Positions 1 through 13,700 of a stretch of DNA of 64,000 nucleotides are shown here, piece by piece; within the stretch, counting starts at the first letter, position 1; each line of letters opens with the position of its first letter. The translations under genes and the position numbers were made by a program. The stretch comes from the human T2T-CHM13v2.0 reference genome, Homo sapiens. The DNA lies in NCBI RefSeq assembly GCF_009914755.1, contig NC_060937.1; one strand, given 5' to 3'. The notes under the pieces were generated by a model. That model was given only the letters and a program-made list of their open reading frames with translations, searched no databases and was not told the DNA's origin.

Positions 1-960
1 TTTGCAAACTAACTGCAATAATCCAACAGATGGGGGAAATGGGTGAGCCATGAATGAAACGGGAGAATTGCCATTGTTGTTGCCTTTAAGTATAGAGAAG
101 GCAGGATGAGGTTTAATCACACGTGGAGTATTTGGTCTTAGCCAGAAATATCCATAGTTTATTTACAAAGAAGAGAAGATAGGGTATGTGGGTTAAGACA
201 TAGGTAGGCGATGAGAGCATGTGGAGGTTTTCTCCTGATTGCTTTTATCAGTAAAGTAGAAAACAGGTTTGTCAGGTGAGGGTCAGGATAGATGGGGAGA
301 GGCTTTGCAGGACTGAAAGAGAAGTATATAGCAGTAATCTTGGAGACTGGGAAAATAAGTAGATTGGTAAGACAGCTGGCAGCATTAAGACCCACTATGA
401 AATTAATAATCCATGTGTTTAAAGTGAAATTGTTCATCTTGATTGTGTATTTGGTCCCACTTACTTTAGCTGCCTGGGTTTAAGCACAGAGTAGTCAGAA
501 AGCTTATTTTAACCAAGGTTGTGATTTGGCCAAGTGAGTATAACCAAAAAAGCAGAGGGGGGCAACGGAGTTGAGAGTATTTGCAAGTAAGTAAGCATGA
601 TGATTGATTGCAGGATTTAAATGTGAGAGAGGATTAGGAGAAGAGGTTAGGGATAGAGAAAAGATAGCAGGAACTTGGGGCAGAATGGGAGGGGGCTGTT
701 GAAAGATTGCTGCAATTGAGGTAATTGAGGGAATAAGCTAGGAAGATGGGCATGGAGTGGTAACCAGTTAATGCGTGTTGGAAACTGAGATAATGGATGG
801 GTATGGGTAATGAAAAGATCAAGACCGTAGTCACAGGAGTGGTTGGCCTTTTGCTCCAGAAAAGTCAAAGTGTTTCAGGAAATGAGAAGAAGTAAGACAA
901 ATGAGGATGAGAGTCTGGAATGGTTTGGGATTCCTGAACTTCTTTTAGTAACTGATATGA
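1..960 (-). mobile_element. L2 LINE relic (internal ORF2 region)
   Basis: Purine-rich degenerate sequence typical of antisense L2; loosely co-linear with 19080-19460 (shared tttaaagtgaaa ... ggagttgag..tttgcaag). Boundaries approximate. Confidence 0.6.
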
Positions 961-1621
961 GCAGAAGTAAAAGTCATGATGGGATTAGTTCTTCTGGTCC
1001 CAAGTAACATGATGGAGGAGGGGCTGGAAGTATCAGGGGAGGGGGCTGTTGCCAAGAGCTTAAATTCTGGAGCTCCCCCTTGACTCCTAATGAGGAAAGC
1101 ATGGGAATGACAAAGGGCAGTCTCATTCCTAGGGCACAGCTACTCTCCTAGACTGCTGCTGTGGGCCTGTGGAGGCGTGGCCTTCCCTAGCGCTCTGGGC
1201 CGTTCTGGACATCGGCCAACAAGTTGTTCCAGGCTGCAGAGGCTGCAAAGGCCATTGTGATGGTTCTTCCTGGTCTCTAGCTCCTTCTACAATGGTAGCC
1301 AGGGTCATCTATAGAAAGTGAAATCATTGAGGAGGCTTAGGGAGAGTTTTAAAGGAAACTGTAAATACATACATCTCCGCTGTTCAATAGAGTATATGAA
1401 ATATCTAGCAAACAATTTTGGAAAGAGGGACTATTGAGAGGTCTATAGCTAATAACACCGATAATTTCTAACTCCTTCTCTTGATCTGGCTGGTCATCCT
1501 TGGTCACAAAAATGTTTTCCAAGTGATAACACATCATAGGATCTTAGACCATATTTTACCACACACATAGTTCAACCTGAGGAAACTGAGGATTGTAGTA
1601 AACCCCACACTGTCTTCCAGA

Positions 1622-1758
1622 TAGGGTTGCTAGATAAAATAAAGGAGGGCCAGTGAAATTTAAATCTTAGATAAACTACAAATAATTTTTTAGTGTAAGT
1701 ATGTCTCATGCAATATTTGTATTTACTGTATTTTTATTTGCTATATCTGATAACCCTA
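1622..1758. mobile_element. MER53 palindromic DNA-transposon MITE, internally deleted
   Basis: Termini tagggttgctagataaaat ... atttgctatatctgataacccta match MER53 TIRs; much of the right arm is missing. Confidence 0.8.
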
Positions 1759-1828
1759 CCCCTAAAGGAATTTTTAAAAATTTATAGAGATAGACGGCTA
1801 ACCTTAGTCTGTCTGAAAGCAACAAACT

Positions 1829-2175
<347 letters not shown>

Positions 2176-4219
2176 TCAGAAACAATGGAAAGGCTTTGTA
2201 CCTCCTTCTCCCAAGTTACCCATATGAGGTTTCCCATGTCACACACAGAATCAAACAAGACTCAAGTAAAGCTAAAATAAGTCAATAGTCACCTAAGATG
2301 TCCCTTCTCTGCTTTGTCCCATACACTCCATTATTCCCCATATCCCCATACAGTCTTAGGGAACAGAGAGGCAGTACAAGAGGTTGGATCTGGTAAACCT
2401 AAGAAGGTGGTGTCAGGGAGATTTTGTAGGCATGGGACAAAAGAAGGGACCCTGCAGGAGAGTCCCTTAGAGAATATTTCTACCCCACTGTGCCCCTTTC
2501 ACGACACTGGCATCTTCTGCTGGGTCTCTGGTATAGCCCTGGGTACATATTCTACGCTTTTTCACCCTAATAGGTATTTGACAAAAAGAAAAGATGGGAG
2601 ATGGAAGAGATTTTTCCTAATAAAATGTTTCAAAATAACCAATTTAAATATAAAGAATTTAGAACAGCATGTTAAGCATGCTCCTTGTATTCTATTTACT
2701 TAGAACAAAGATCATGTTCCCTGATTATCGAAGGCCAGCAGTTACTAGAACCTACACTGTGTCATTACCTAATGGCATAAGTCATATGGGTGGCTGAAAC
2801 ATGAAAGAAATACCATATATTAAAATCTGCTATCAATCCAGTAGGGAAGAGCCAGCTGGATAAATCAGAATACACTTCAAATAATCACTATATATGAACC
2901 TGCAAATTTATCCACATCCCTATCTCAAAAGCTAACACATTTCATGCTCTTTCTCATATTTAAATCTAGATAAGTGAATTTCCAATATCCTTTGAGGATG
3001 CAGCTGTTGTTTAACAGTGTGATTTTATATTTATATAGCGCCAGTTATCATAGGATCTTAGACCATTTTTACCAGCCTAATTCAGTATTAATAACCATAA
3101 AAAAACAGTAATTTCAGCTGCATTATTCTACTGGGCAACTAGACAGTAACACATTTATTTTCCTGGGCATTTGGAAGTTCCTGCTTTGTCCTCAAAGGGA
3201 AAAAGTAGTCAAATCCTCTAATCCCCCAGAGAAAAATAAAAAATAACGAAGACCAGCCAACAGGACAAAACAGTGATGTTTCCAAACAAACTCCACTTGT
3301 GGGAACCTCTAGGAAACCATTTTGTATGTTCCAGGAAAGAGGAAATTGATTTGGCAATGTGGTGAAAAAAATTGACATTTATGTAGGAAACAAAATCAAG
3401 ATTCTTGTACAGATTAGGCTATTTGGATAAATTTGTGTTTTTAGATTAATATGGCAGCTCCCCAAAATGTGACTATAACCAACCAACTTGGAAATGTGTT
3501 TTTATGAGAATGCAAATTTGGACACAGTCTCCTATTTAAACCCTGTACCTGGAACAATTTTATCCTCTCTCTACACCCCATAATCTTACTCTACCCAACA
3601 ATATAGCCAGCATGTTTATTGTATCACTAATAGCTGATGTCTATTGAAGTGTATGTCTGTTCCCAAATTCCCCAGTGACCCTCTCTCATCCTACTGGATA
3701 AATCTGATTCCTTTTATTTTTCTCACCTTCTCACCATTTACTTAATTCTGTCTGAATACAACATTCTCTTGGGTGCTTACACATACCTTTTCCCAATATT
3801 TAAATATAGGACCATTAAGTAATATGAGCTTTTGGATGAAGTACTAGTTCCTGAATTAGAGAATCACCATGGAGAATTGGGTTTAAAGTTGTTGGGGAAA
3901 GGAGAGAAACAACTCCAAGCAAGAAAATGAGCAAGTACACTCTATTCTGTCTTATAACCCATATGCAGTTCTGTGTGTGTGGAGATTAGCTGTAAAACTT
4001 GGCAGTTTCTCACCAGATGCTAACAATGATTTTTAAACAGTTCAAATAACTAGGATAACTATGCCTCATTAAATGACACTGTGCATGTCAAACACCTTAC
4101 AGTACAGTTTATTTTGGTTGATTTGCATACAGAAATCTTCTCGGTGCTGCATCATTTCTTCCATTTTTGAAATGAAACCTCCTTTTGAAAGTTCTTTTTT
4201 TTTTTTTTTTCGGTCATAA

Positions 4220-4392
4220 ACACATCAGCCCTCCTTCCCCAACAATGCAGGTCATTCACTAAAATCTGGTCACAAAACTGAAGCAGCAGCATGCCAGGAA
4301 GAATCATGCACACATCAGCCCTCCTCCCTGCAAAATGCACGCCATTCACTCAAATCTGGTCACAAAATTGAAGAAGTAGCATGCCGGGAAGA
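4220..4392. repeat. Tandem duplication, 90-bp period, 2 copies
   Basis: acacatcagccctcct...catgcc(a/g)ggaaga at 4220 and 4310; 12 mismatches over 83 aligned bases by hand. Confidence 0.9.
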
Positions 4393-5569
4393 CAGACTGA
4401 ACACTGGACATTATTAGACACTGTGGGATTACTTAAGTAGCTCCATAGAAAGAAATTGCATTTTCATGTCACAGTGGTCCGAGATGGATTTAGGACAAGA
4501 CAAGGCAAGTAATAAGGATGTCTGTTGAATGTCATGAATCCTACTAAATCAATTAGTTGCTAAGATATAAGAAGATTTTCTCCACCCTCTTCCTCACCCT
4601 CAGTGCTACAAAGGCCATGAAGTTATCAAGCATGGGGGACTGGAGTGCTCTGCCAATGTTCAGCTGCTGCAGGAGGCTCCTAAATGGAAAATTACTCTGA
4701 TTGTGAAAGTGCAATTTCAGATGGCAAGCATCATTGACGACACTGAACCTCTCTGCTGAAACTCAGAGAAAGACCCAAGTGTTTATCCCATTCTAAAGAT
4801 ACAATTAGCTGAAGTTTTTATCTCCGCATCTGAAAAGCCTAAATCAGACAAGTGTCCTATGATTATTTCTGGTGGAGAAAAGGAGGACTGCATTCCTACA
4901 ATGGGGCTGGTTTCTTTTTTTTTCCCATTAACTGACTGTTTGAATAGGCAGCAATTAATCACTCTTCTCTGCATACAAAGACAAAATTAAAGCTTTGTAT
5001 TCTAACTTCAATTTGAAGAGTATTTAATAGTAAAGAATCACCACATGGTCAGCATCTTCAACATTAAAATAAGAGCTTATACAGAATATAGTGACCAAAC
5101 AATCTTATATCTCCGTGAGAATAAGTCATTTCAGTTTTAATCATCTTTAGGGAATTATAAAGTTTAAATAAATATAGTATTAGCGATTTTGTTTTAAAAA
5201 GTGCAAAGAATATGAGAGGGTGTTTTATCCACTTGTGTTACATCAAGAGGCTACACTTAATCCAATGATTCTTTGATTGCACTGTTTTTTTTAAAATACT
5301 TTGTTTTGGAATTTAATGTAAATATAGAATGAGTTCACTCTCTTTATATTTTTTTTCAGGCTGAATTTGATTTTTGAAAACTTTCAAATTCATTTGGAAA
5401 TTCATCAGTCAAGTCCAGTAAACAAGAATCCCCAGTGACTACTCTGGAAACCAACACTCACTCCTTAATGAACAACATGTTTATCATGTCCATTTAGTTA
5501 AGCAACAAATGTTTATTGACCATCTACCAGAGAGAGAGAGATGGGAAATGGGAAATTCCCATCTCCCAG

Positions 5570-6372
5570 ATGGGAAATTCTCTTTGACCCCTTCACAGGC
5601 CTTGAGACAAGGGTGCCTCACTTACTCAGTCTGCAGCTCTCAGCTGGGACAGGGAGCACGCAGGTGAGCAGGCGCAGGAGTTGGGACGAGTGCTTCTGGG
5701 CGCCAGCAGGAACAGAACCCCATGCAGCCCTACAGCAGCATCTAGGAGGGTACCTGAGACCCCTGGGGCCCCAGAGGGTGTGTTACTGTGTGTTCTTTTA
5801 GCTTTGCCATCCATAGATGGCTTAAATGTTAAACAGCTCAAGCACCCACACCTGTGGCTCCCAAGTTCTTGCTTGGCATCCAGGAAGAATCAGGTCACAT
5901 GAACGAATTGAAGGGTCATAGGTCACACGAACAAATTGATGGGTCATGAATACAGAGGATTTTATTGCCTATGACACAGGCTTTCAGGGGGAATGGGAGC
6001 TGGAAAGGCGATGGAGTGAGAAGGTGGTCTTCTCCTAGAGTCTGTCCATCCCCTGCCAGGTTCTTCTCTGAAGTCCCAGCATCAAGCCATCCCTCTAAAG
6101 TCAAGCTGCTTCCCTCTGACATCTGCCTACTTCTTTTCTTCTTTCTCTGCTGCTCCTCTGCCAGTGGAACCTGGGGTTTTTATGAGAACCTGGGTTTTTA
6201 TGGGGTTTTTGTAGGATGGGGGGGTGGGTCAGGCCAGGGCAGTTTTCGAAAAGGCAACGTTCAAGGGGGGAAAATGAGGATGTAAAGTTCTCACTTTGAG
6301 CCATGGTTCCAAGCTTGAGGGTGGGGCCCTCCCAGGAACTGCCCTCTTCTGCTCAGTATTTCCCTCCCTCAC
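5570..6372 (-). mobile_element. ERV1 solo LTR, LTR27/LTR28/MER52 group
   Basis: Minus strand begins gggaaatactgagcagaagagggcagttcc...ggccccaccctcaagc, as in LTR27-type 5' ends; poly(A)-signal region seen as ttttattg at ~5960; sits inside an antisense L2. Confidence 0.7.
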
Positions 6373-6654
6373 TTGGACAATTCCAGCACCTTAAATTATT
6401 TATCAACAAAGTGCTCTGAGAGTACTTACAAATGAACGATTAATTTCACTTGAAGGGATCATGAGAAGAGAAAGTTTAATTTGGTCTGGGTCTTGAAAGA
6501 TGAGTGAGATTTCAACAAGTGTGATCAGTGAAGGATAAGAAAGTAACCATATGTCAAACAAATGTGACAGTAAAGCCACAGAGCACAAGAAAGTACATAG
6601 TGTGTTTACGGCAATATAGATATCCTTTTGTAAGTCAAGAGTTATTTGTAAAAA

Positions 6655-6983
<329 letters not shown>

Positions 6984-7607
6984 TCATGGCCACCTAGAAA
7001 TGTACATCTGAATAGGCCTGTGAGACCATCCAATTCTACTCCCTAGTTTTATAGATGAAGAAACAAAAAGTAGCTAGAGTGACTTGTAAAGATCACAAGG
7101 ATAACTACTTCTAGCCAGAACTGGACCCAAATACTCTGTCATCTAAAGCAGTTTCTTTTGCCCCATCCCATGTGTAGGCTGGCATCATATTGTGGAAGGT
7201 GGCTCTGGTGAGTGTTGGAAGTTTCTGAGAGGAGAGTGATATGATCCGACATGCATATCACACCAGAGAAAACCCTGAGGGCAGTGAGAAGGGAGGGACT
7301 GGAGAGAGAAAGATTGGTGAAAAAATTTCTGCAGTCATCTGAACCACAACTGTGATGACTGAAATAGAAAGGATGTGATGGATTCAAGTGTCATTTCAAG
7401 GATGAAATTGCTGCTGCTTGGTAATGAGAGAGAGGGAAGAATTACAGATGATGAGCAAGCTGTAGAGCCTGGGTGAAGGTGGGTGTTATTCCATCACCTG
7501 GGAAAGGAAAAGGAGAATGAGGAAAGACTCAGAGGGCTAAACAGGTTAACTCTGTGTTCTCCTATCTTGGTGAATGGAACTTAATCACTCATTAGAAGTT
7601 AGGGTCT

Positions 7608-7917
<310 letters not shown>

Positions 7918-8449
7918 CTAGTCTCTGCTCCACGTTTCTGGCCCTTAGAGAATACATGCCAAGATTAGTGGCAAATGAGGCCAAATAATCAACTTTATTA
8001 ATGGCTGGTGAAGAACAACAACAAAAAGAGAGGTTTTGAGCACTATACAAAGAGCGCTCTTATTTTTTACCCCAAGTCAATCTTCCACAGGGCAGATTCT
8101 GAGTAGTTGTCTCCATCAGCATCAAGGAACACATTCCCAAACTCAGACAGAGGTAGAACAGAGAGATAGAATGGCAAGCACATCTGTCAAGAAGAGGGGC
8201 CCAGTTCTGTGGATGCGGTTAGAGACAAGATGCAGAGGAAACCTCTCCACATAAGCATAGACAAAGGAAGGGGAGGTTTCCTACCTGGATTTTTCTTTAG
8301 AAGACAGCTGCCCTTCCTTTTAATAAATAATAGCCCAAGGAGTACACAACTCTGGCCAAGTAGATCGACAAATCCACCTCCTCAAAGAAAACACAGAAAG
8401 AGGCAGGAGCTTCTTTCTCAGTGTGACCCTGCAAAAGTCAAACTTACAG

Positions 8450-9476
8450 CAGAATAAAAGGAACAGAATATTTCCTTCCCATATTTTTAAAGTCAGAAAC
8501 CTGAGAATCATCTTCTCCCCTGACAGTTTTCTCCCATTCTCTTCTCTCATGATAGTCAGGCAATCCCTAAGTCCTATCAGCTTTATCTTCCAGATACAAC
8601 ACAACCTTGTCTCCACTCGCCCATCCTCACTGGTATTTCCTTCATGTCCCCTAGATTAGTGCAGCAGAATCTCCCAAATGATGTCCTAATCTCTGACTTC
8701 ACAACCTTCCATTTCATTCTTTACAATTCGGAGATATTCTAAGATGCAATGTAGTCACACTATTCTTCCACTTAAAACTAAGTGCTCCCAGTCATCTCCA
8801 GGATAACATCCAAATGCCTGTCAGTGTTGTGTTTATTGCAATTATTTGTTGCCATGTCTTTTTATTCTACTACATTTCTAGTCCTTTGGAGTTCTTGCGT
8901 TACAGAGATGTTTTCCCATTTATTATTATATTGCCAATGCCTGGCAATGTATCTAAGTACTATATTAGAAATATTTTGTCCTGTATACAAGACCCTTCCA
9001 CATCTGACCCTATTTCTCCAACTTTGTGCCCTGTCACAGCCCCACAAATTTCTTCTTAACTCTCATATGAGTTCTAATTCCAAGTTTCCCAAATTATTCG
9101 CAGGTGTCTGAGTATTCTTTGCTCTTTCTCCTCACATTTGCTCACTGTTTTTGTGCTCTTCTTTCTATTTCTCTTTTCTATCTAAATATATTTCTCATTT
9201 ACTACCTACATTTCAAGACAACAACTCATGCCTCCCTTCCTCCACACAGCTTTTGCTAATCTTAATGCTTACTTTTCATCATACCACTGGATTCAGACTG
9301 AGTAGAAGATTCTTCCCATGGTATCTATGCATATTTCTAACGCTGCGTTTATCAAACTGCTTTACAATGGTTATTTACCTTCTTTCTTCTCATATATATG
9401 TTAAATTTCTTAACTGGTCTTCACCTCTGGAAGCAGGACTAAATGACACACACATAGATTCAGTAACTATTGAATG
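8450..9476 (+). mobile_element. L2 fragments (3' region)
   Basis: Pyrimidine-rich L2 motifs (agaaacctgagaatcatc, ccctagattagtgcagcag) ending in a ttgaatga-type tail. Fragmented; boundaries approximate. Confidence 0.55.
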
Positions 9477-9610
9477 AAAAAAAGAAGGAAGGGAGGGACG
9501 GTGGAAGAAAGGGAAGTGGGGAGTGAGGAAAGAAGGAAAGAAGAAACAAAGGAAGGAAAGAAGGGTGGAAGAGGGAGAGAAAAATGGGAAAAAAGAAAGA
9601 AAGAAAGGAG
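9477..9610 (+). repeat. GA-rich low-complexity tract, (GGAA)n-like
   Basis: aagaaggaagggagggacggtggaagaaagggaag... seen directly. Confidence 0.85.
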
Positions 9611-10557
9611 CTCAGCCATTTATATATTAAGTTTTTCAGTGAACATTCCTTGTGAAATGTTCAATAGATCCATACAGTAAAGCAGACAGAAGCCTGAGTA
9701 TCTCTATTCCTCTGTCTTCCTGCTAATTACTTTGCTTTAATAGACCTTCTGAAACAATTCAATAACTAGAGGGTTTATTCTAAATTGCATTTTAAGTTAT
9801 TAGGAGACAGAGTAAAAACAAATCTTTTAGGAAAAGCCATTGTTAATTAAATATTTAACTTTCTTCACTTTGTCTTAAGGCCTGCAGAGTTATGCAAGTC
9901 CAAAAATATCTACTACTCAATTAAAAGGTGCAACTATACAAAGTAAGCGAGGGAAAATTCAACTATGTTTATAAAGCACTTGTGAATTTGCTGTACTGCT
10001 GGAAGAGTACCACATCTCTCCACTATGTTGTCTAGTTGCTGCCTTCTTTCCAGACAGCTGCAACTGACTGTCATGGTTACCATCATGAAATACAACATTT
10101 CAAAAATTAAAGCATAGTTCATGGTTTCTTTCGTTTTTTGAGGGGGTAGGGGGGCATTAAATCTTAAAGCTCCAAAAGTCCATTTCTTGATGAAATGCAA
10201 AAATCCTTTAAAATTATTACAGGAATAAATAAGAAAACTTGAATATTAAAAAAATAAAACCATTATAGTTAATTTACATGAGTGAAAGCTAGAGGAGGAG
10301 CTGATAGTGAATAATAGGAGTCGCTTATTAAGGCCTAGAGTGCTGCGTAAGTAAGTTGTAAGAAAACATGTAGCTTTAGTCTGCAAAGTTCTGTTATTAA
10401 CATTGTTGCTTCTTTGAAGAAAGAAACAGAACAAAGAAAGTTAAGGTTCCTGTTAGCAATAGCAAATATGAAACATAGCTGACACTTCCAATCAGTATCT
10501 ATTTTGTCTTTTCCTTGCCTATTCTCATTTTCATGACAAACTTATTTGACTAGAGCT

Positions 10558-11290
10558 CTTCATTCAGTCAATAAATGCTTATTGCTTTGCTATTATGTGA
10601 ACATAATGGTTAGCCAACCACATTCCTTGCCCTGAAGCTTATCAGGCAGATTTTTAAAAATCAAGGAGAAAATCAATGTGTGATCACGGATAAACTGAGA
10701 AAGCAGGGAGAAAAGAACATAATTTAGTGACATACGGACTTTGGCAAGGACTTGCAAGTGGCGAGAAGGCAGGGTGGGAGGGTCACTGTTATACTGAGAT
10801 ACTGAGTTAATTCAGTAAAGAAGGGTGGCAGAGGAATGGGAAAAAAAGAATCAGAGGACAGAGAGAGGATTTCCCAGTCTGAAAGAACAGCATCTTCAAA
10901 AGCAATGAAAAGCATATTTTTAATTAATTTGCAAACACTTTAATATCTTGTAACATATACTACATGGAAGAAAAGACAGAAGAGGCTGAAAAGATACAAA
11001 GGCAAGATCATGAAAAATCTGATAAGATATGTTAAGGAGTTTGGATTTTATTCTGAGGACTGTGAATTGTACTTGGAAGCAAGGAATTCCATAATATAGG
11101 TTTTAGAAAGACCATAAGCCATTGGTACAGGAAAAGACAAGACTGGAGAGAGTTTGGAGATTGTTCTGGTAACCCAGGTGAGAGGTAATGATGGCCTAAC
11201 CCAAGAGAGTGGAGACGATTTGGAAAGACATGGATAAATTGGAACAGTATTAAGGAGGAAACAATAATGGGACTTGCTGCATAAGTGTAG
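10558..11290 (-). mobile_element. L2 relic
   Basis: Starts with antisense L2 tail cattcagtcaataaatgcttattg; contains ttaaggagtttggattttattctgag and ccaggtgagaggtaatgatggcct. Confidence 0.65.
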
Positions 11291-12589
11291 AGATTTAAAA
11301 AAGAATAAATACCTCTCTAGGTTCTTTATATCATGTATTTTTTATTTTATTTTTGTGTTATGTGATCTGTGGAACCTAATCACTCATGGTGGCTAACCAT
11401 CCTAAGAAGTCGCCCAAGGCAGCTACGTGGGCTGTATCACTCATTACCCTGATGGGCTAAGAGCACTAACAGACGTGAAACTTCTTGTCCAACTAACAGC
11501 TATATTTTCATTGCTCTAGAAAAAAAAAAATGGAACATTCAACATTATACCTAGGGAACAAAAATGAAAAATACCTAAAAAGATAAGAAGAATAATGACA
11601 AGTTTGTGATTAGTATTCCCCATATAAATTACTAATAGCATAATAAACAACCCTAAATGCCTCAGTGAATCTGATGTGTTTCTGAATTTAGTGTGGTGTT
11701 TCTGCTCAAATCAAAAGATGTTTCTATAACTATTATTTTACATGAGTTCACATCCTATGGGTCTTTCTTTGAACCTGGAATTTAAGCAAACCTCAAATCT
11801 AATTATAAGCCGTTAGGGTTCTTCTTCCTCCAAAAATCTGAGGATAGACTGAAATCCTTTTCATATTTGCATGAAATTGATATGGTAAGTATAGTTCCCT
11901 ATTAAGAGACTTCTCAAGCAAAGATAAATGTAAGCACATTTCAAAATGTTCCAAGTATCATCCAGTCTTTGCCTTTTACTACATCAACCATGAGCCAAGA
12001 AAAAAAAAAATAGGAAAAAAGTAGTTTGTGCCTTGAGCAAACAGAGATGAATAACAGCGAAAATCCAAACATACCAACCTGATAGTCTCTTTTAAGGAAA
12101 TAAAAGTAACACAGACTTCTGAGAAAATATAAATGCCATAGGGTGCTAAAAATATCAGTTATATAACACGAAGGGAGAAGCGGCAAGGGAGTTGTTCATA
12201 AAGAAAAATCTTCCCCAAACCCCACATAACAAGCCAACTCACACAATACTCAAGAGAACTTTATTCTTTTGCTGCTCCTTCCCTGGATGGCCAAAAGTAC
12301 AAATCCAGTAAATGTATGTTGATAGGTTTGAGTCTGGGAGAAACAATACCCTAACATTACAAGTCTTGGATATAGCCTGGCAAATATATGGCCAAACCAG
12401 AAAATTCTCCATTCATTACAAAAGAACTGCACAACCAACATGGTGAGTACATTAAATTACACTGAGTAGTATTTACTGGCCCTACACCTTTTGAAAAAAT
12501 TGCCTTACATTTTTAAAATGACAAATTGTTTAAGTAGTTTTAGAGAGGTTAGAAATTAGACACATACCTACCTTGATCTAGCACCCTAC

Positions 12590-13051
12590 CTTAGAAGAAC
12601 AACAGCTGCCAAAGATATCAGGTTCTCAATCCTGGAACCTGTAAATGTCACCTAATGTGGAAAAAGAGTCTTTGCAGATGTGATTAAGTTAATGGTCTTG
12701 ACATGGGAAAATGATCCTGGATTATATGAATGGGCCCTAAATGCAATCACAAGTGTGCTTGTAGGAGAGACACAGAGGGACATTTGAAATGGACAAAGAG
12801 GAGAAGCGATATGACCATGAAAGCAGGGATTGCACTGATGTGGCCACAAGCTACGGAAGCCTTAGGGTTACCAGAAGCTCAAAGAGTCAAAGGAGTCTTC
12901 CCTAGAACCTGCATAGAGAGAGGTGTCCTCGCCCACACCTTGATTTTGGCCCAGTGATACTGATTTTGGGCTTCTGGCCTCCAGAACTACCATAGAATAA
13001 CTTTTTCAAGTTTGTAGTAACTTGTTGGAGCAGCCACAGGAAGCTAATACA
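12590..13051 (+). mobile_element. MaLR solo LTR, MLT1C/MLT1D-like
   Basis: ctttgcagatgtgattaagtt, atcctggattat, cttctggcctccagaact and terminal gcagccacaggaagctaataca. Confidence 0.85.
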
Positions 13052-13069
13052 GATGCCTTGGGTGTAGTA

Positions 13070-13700
13070 GAGAATGGGGAAATTTCTCATCCTTCACTCT
13101 GCACTCACCAGTTCTACACAATGTGCTCGGGGCCTTGGGTGTGTAACCTCATAAAAGAGGCAGAGCTTTAACTGCTTTAACTGAAGCCTGTTGAGTGCAG
13201 GCAGTCTCCTGCGTATCCTCACACCAGAGGAGATTCAAACTTCTGTGGAATCAGAACAGGCAAGCCCACTCAGTAGCAGTTACGCAGAGGGTAAGTGACT
13301 ACATCCCTTTCGATGCAAATTACTGCAGCCAGTTCCAACTGGAAACATTGTGGTAGCACCTCAGTTTGTACGTCTCACTGGTAGGGAGAACTCAGAGGCC
13401 AGTGCGGAGTGACAGGAAGGGCGGCTCCTGGAGTAGGGTACTCTTTTCTCGGTCCAGCATTCATCAACAAAGTGACTTTGAGCAAGTTACCAACCTACTT
13501 CACAACAGTGTCCTAGGGAAGCTTTGCAATTAATTTGTAAATGCCCTTTGGCCCACAGAAAATCCATTCAGCCTGTGAGATTTGTATCTCCCAGAGCTAC
13601 TGATTTGCATACCATGCAGCTATGCCAAGGAGGCAAGCATCTGCCTGCAGTAAATGCAAAGGCAGAGTTCTCTTCTATACACGCATTCCCTGGAAAATCC
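13070..13700. promoter_or_regulatory. Candidate promoter/enhancer in unique sequence
   Basis: kB-like GGGAAATTTC 13077-13086, CACCC box GGGTGTG 13137-13143, TATA-like CATAAAAG 13150-13157, donor GAGG|gtaagt at 13290, octamers at 13313-13320 and 13603-13610, ETS core ACAGGAAG 13412 overlapping GC box GGGCGG 13419; several retained CpGs. Motif inference only. Confidence 0.45.

Noticed and set aside
2314-2703. 129-aa ORF in unique sequence
   Set aside because: Non-ATG start, no recognisable domain and no convincing exon boundaries.
4125-4170. Minus-strand aaaATGG MEEMMQHREDF followed by gtatgc
   Set aside because: Weak donor (TCT|gtatgc), no acceptor or promoter, unrecognised peptide.
4220-4392. 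Direct repeats as a CRISPR-like array (also 22910-23020)
   Set aside because: Only two adjacent copies, no spacers, no cas genes, eukaryotic context.
9888-9942. + strand pseudoexon ctgcag|AGTT...CAAA|gtaagc
   Set aside because: Moderate splice sites, 55 nt and no recognisable peptide; expected by chance.
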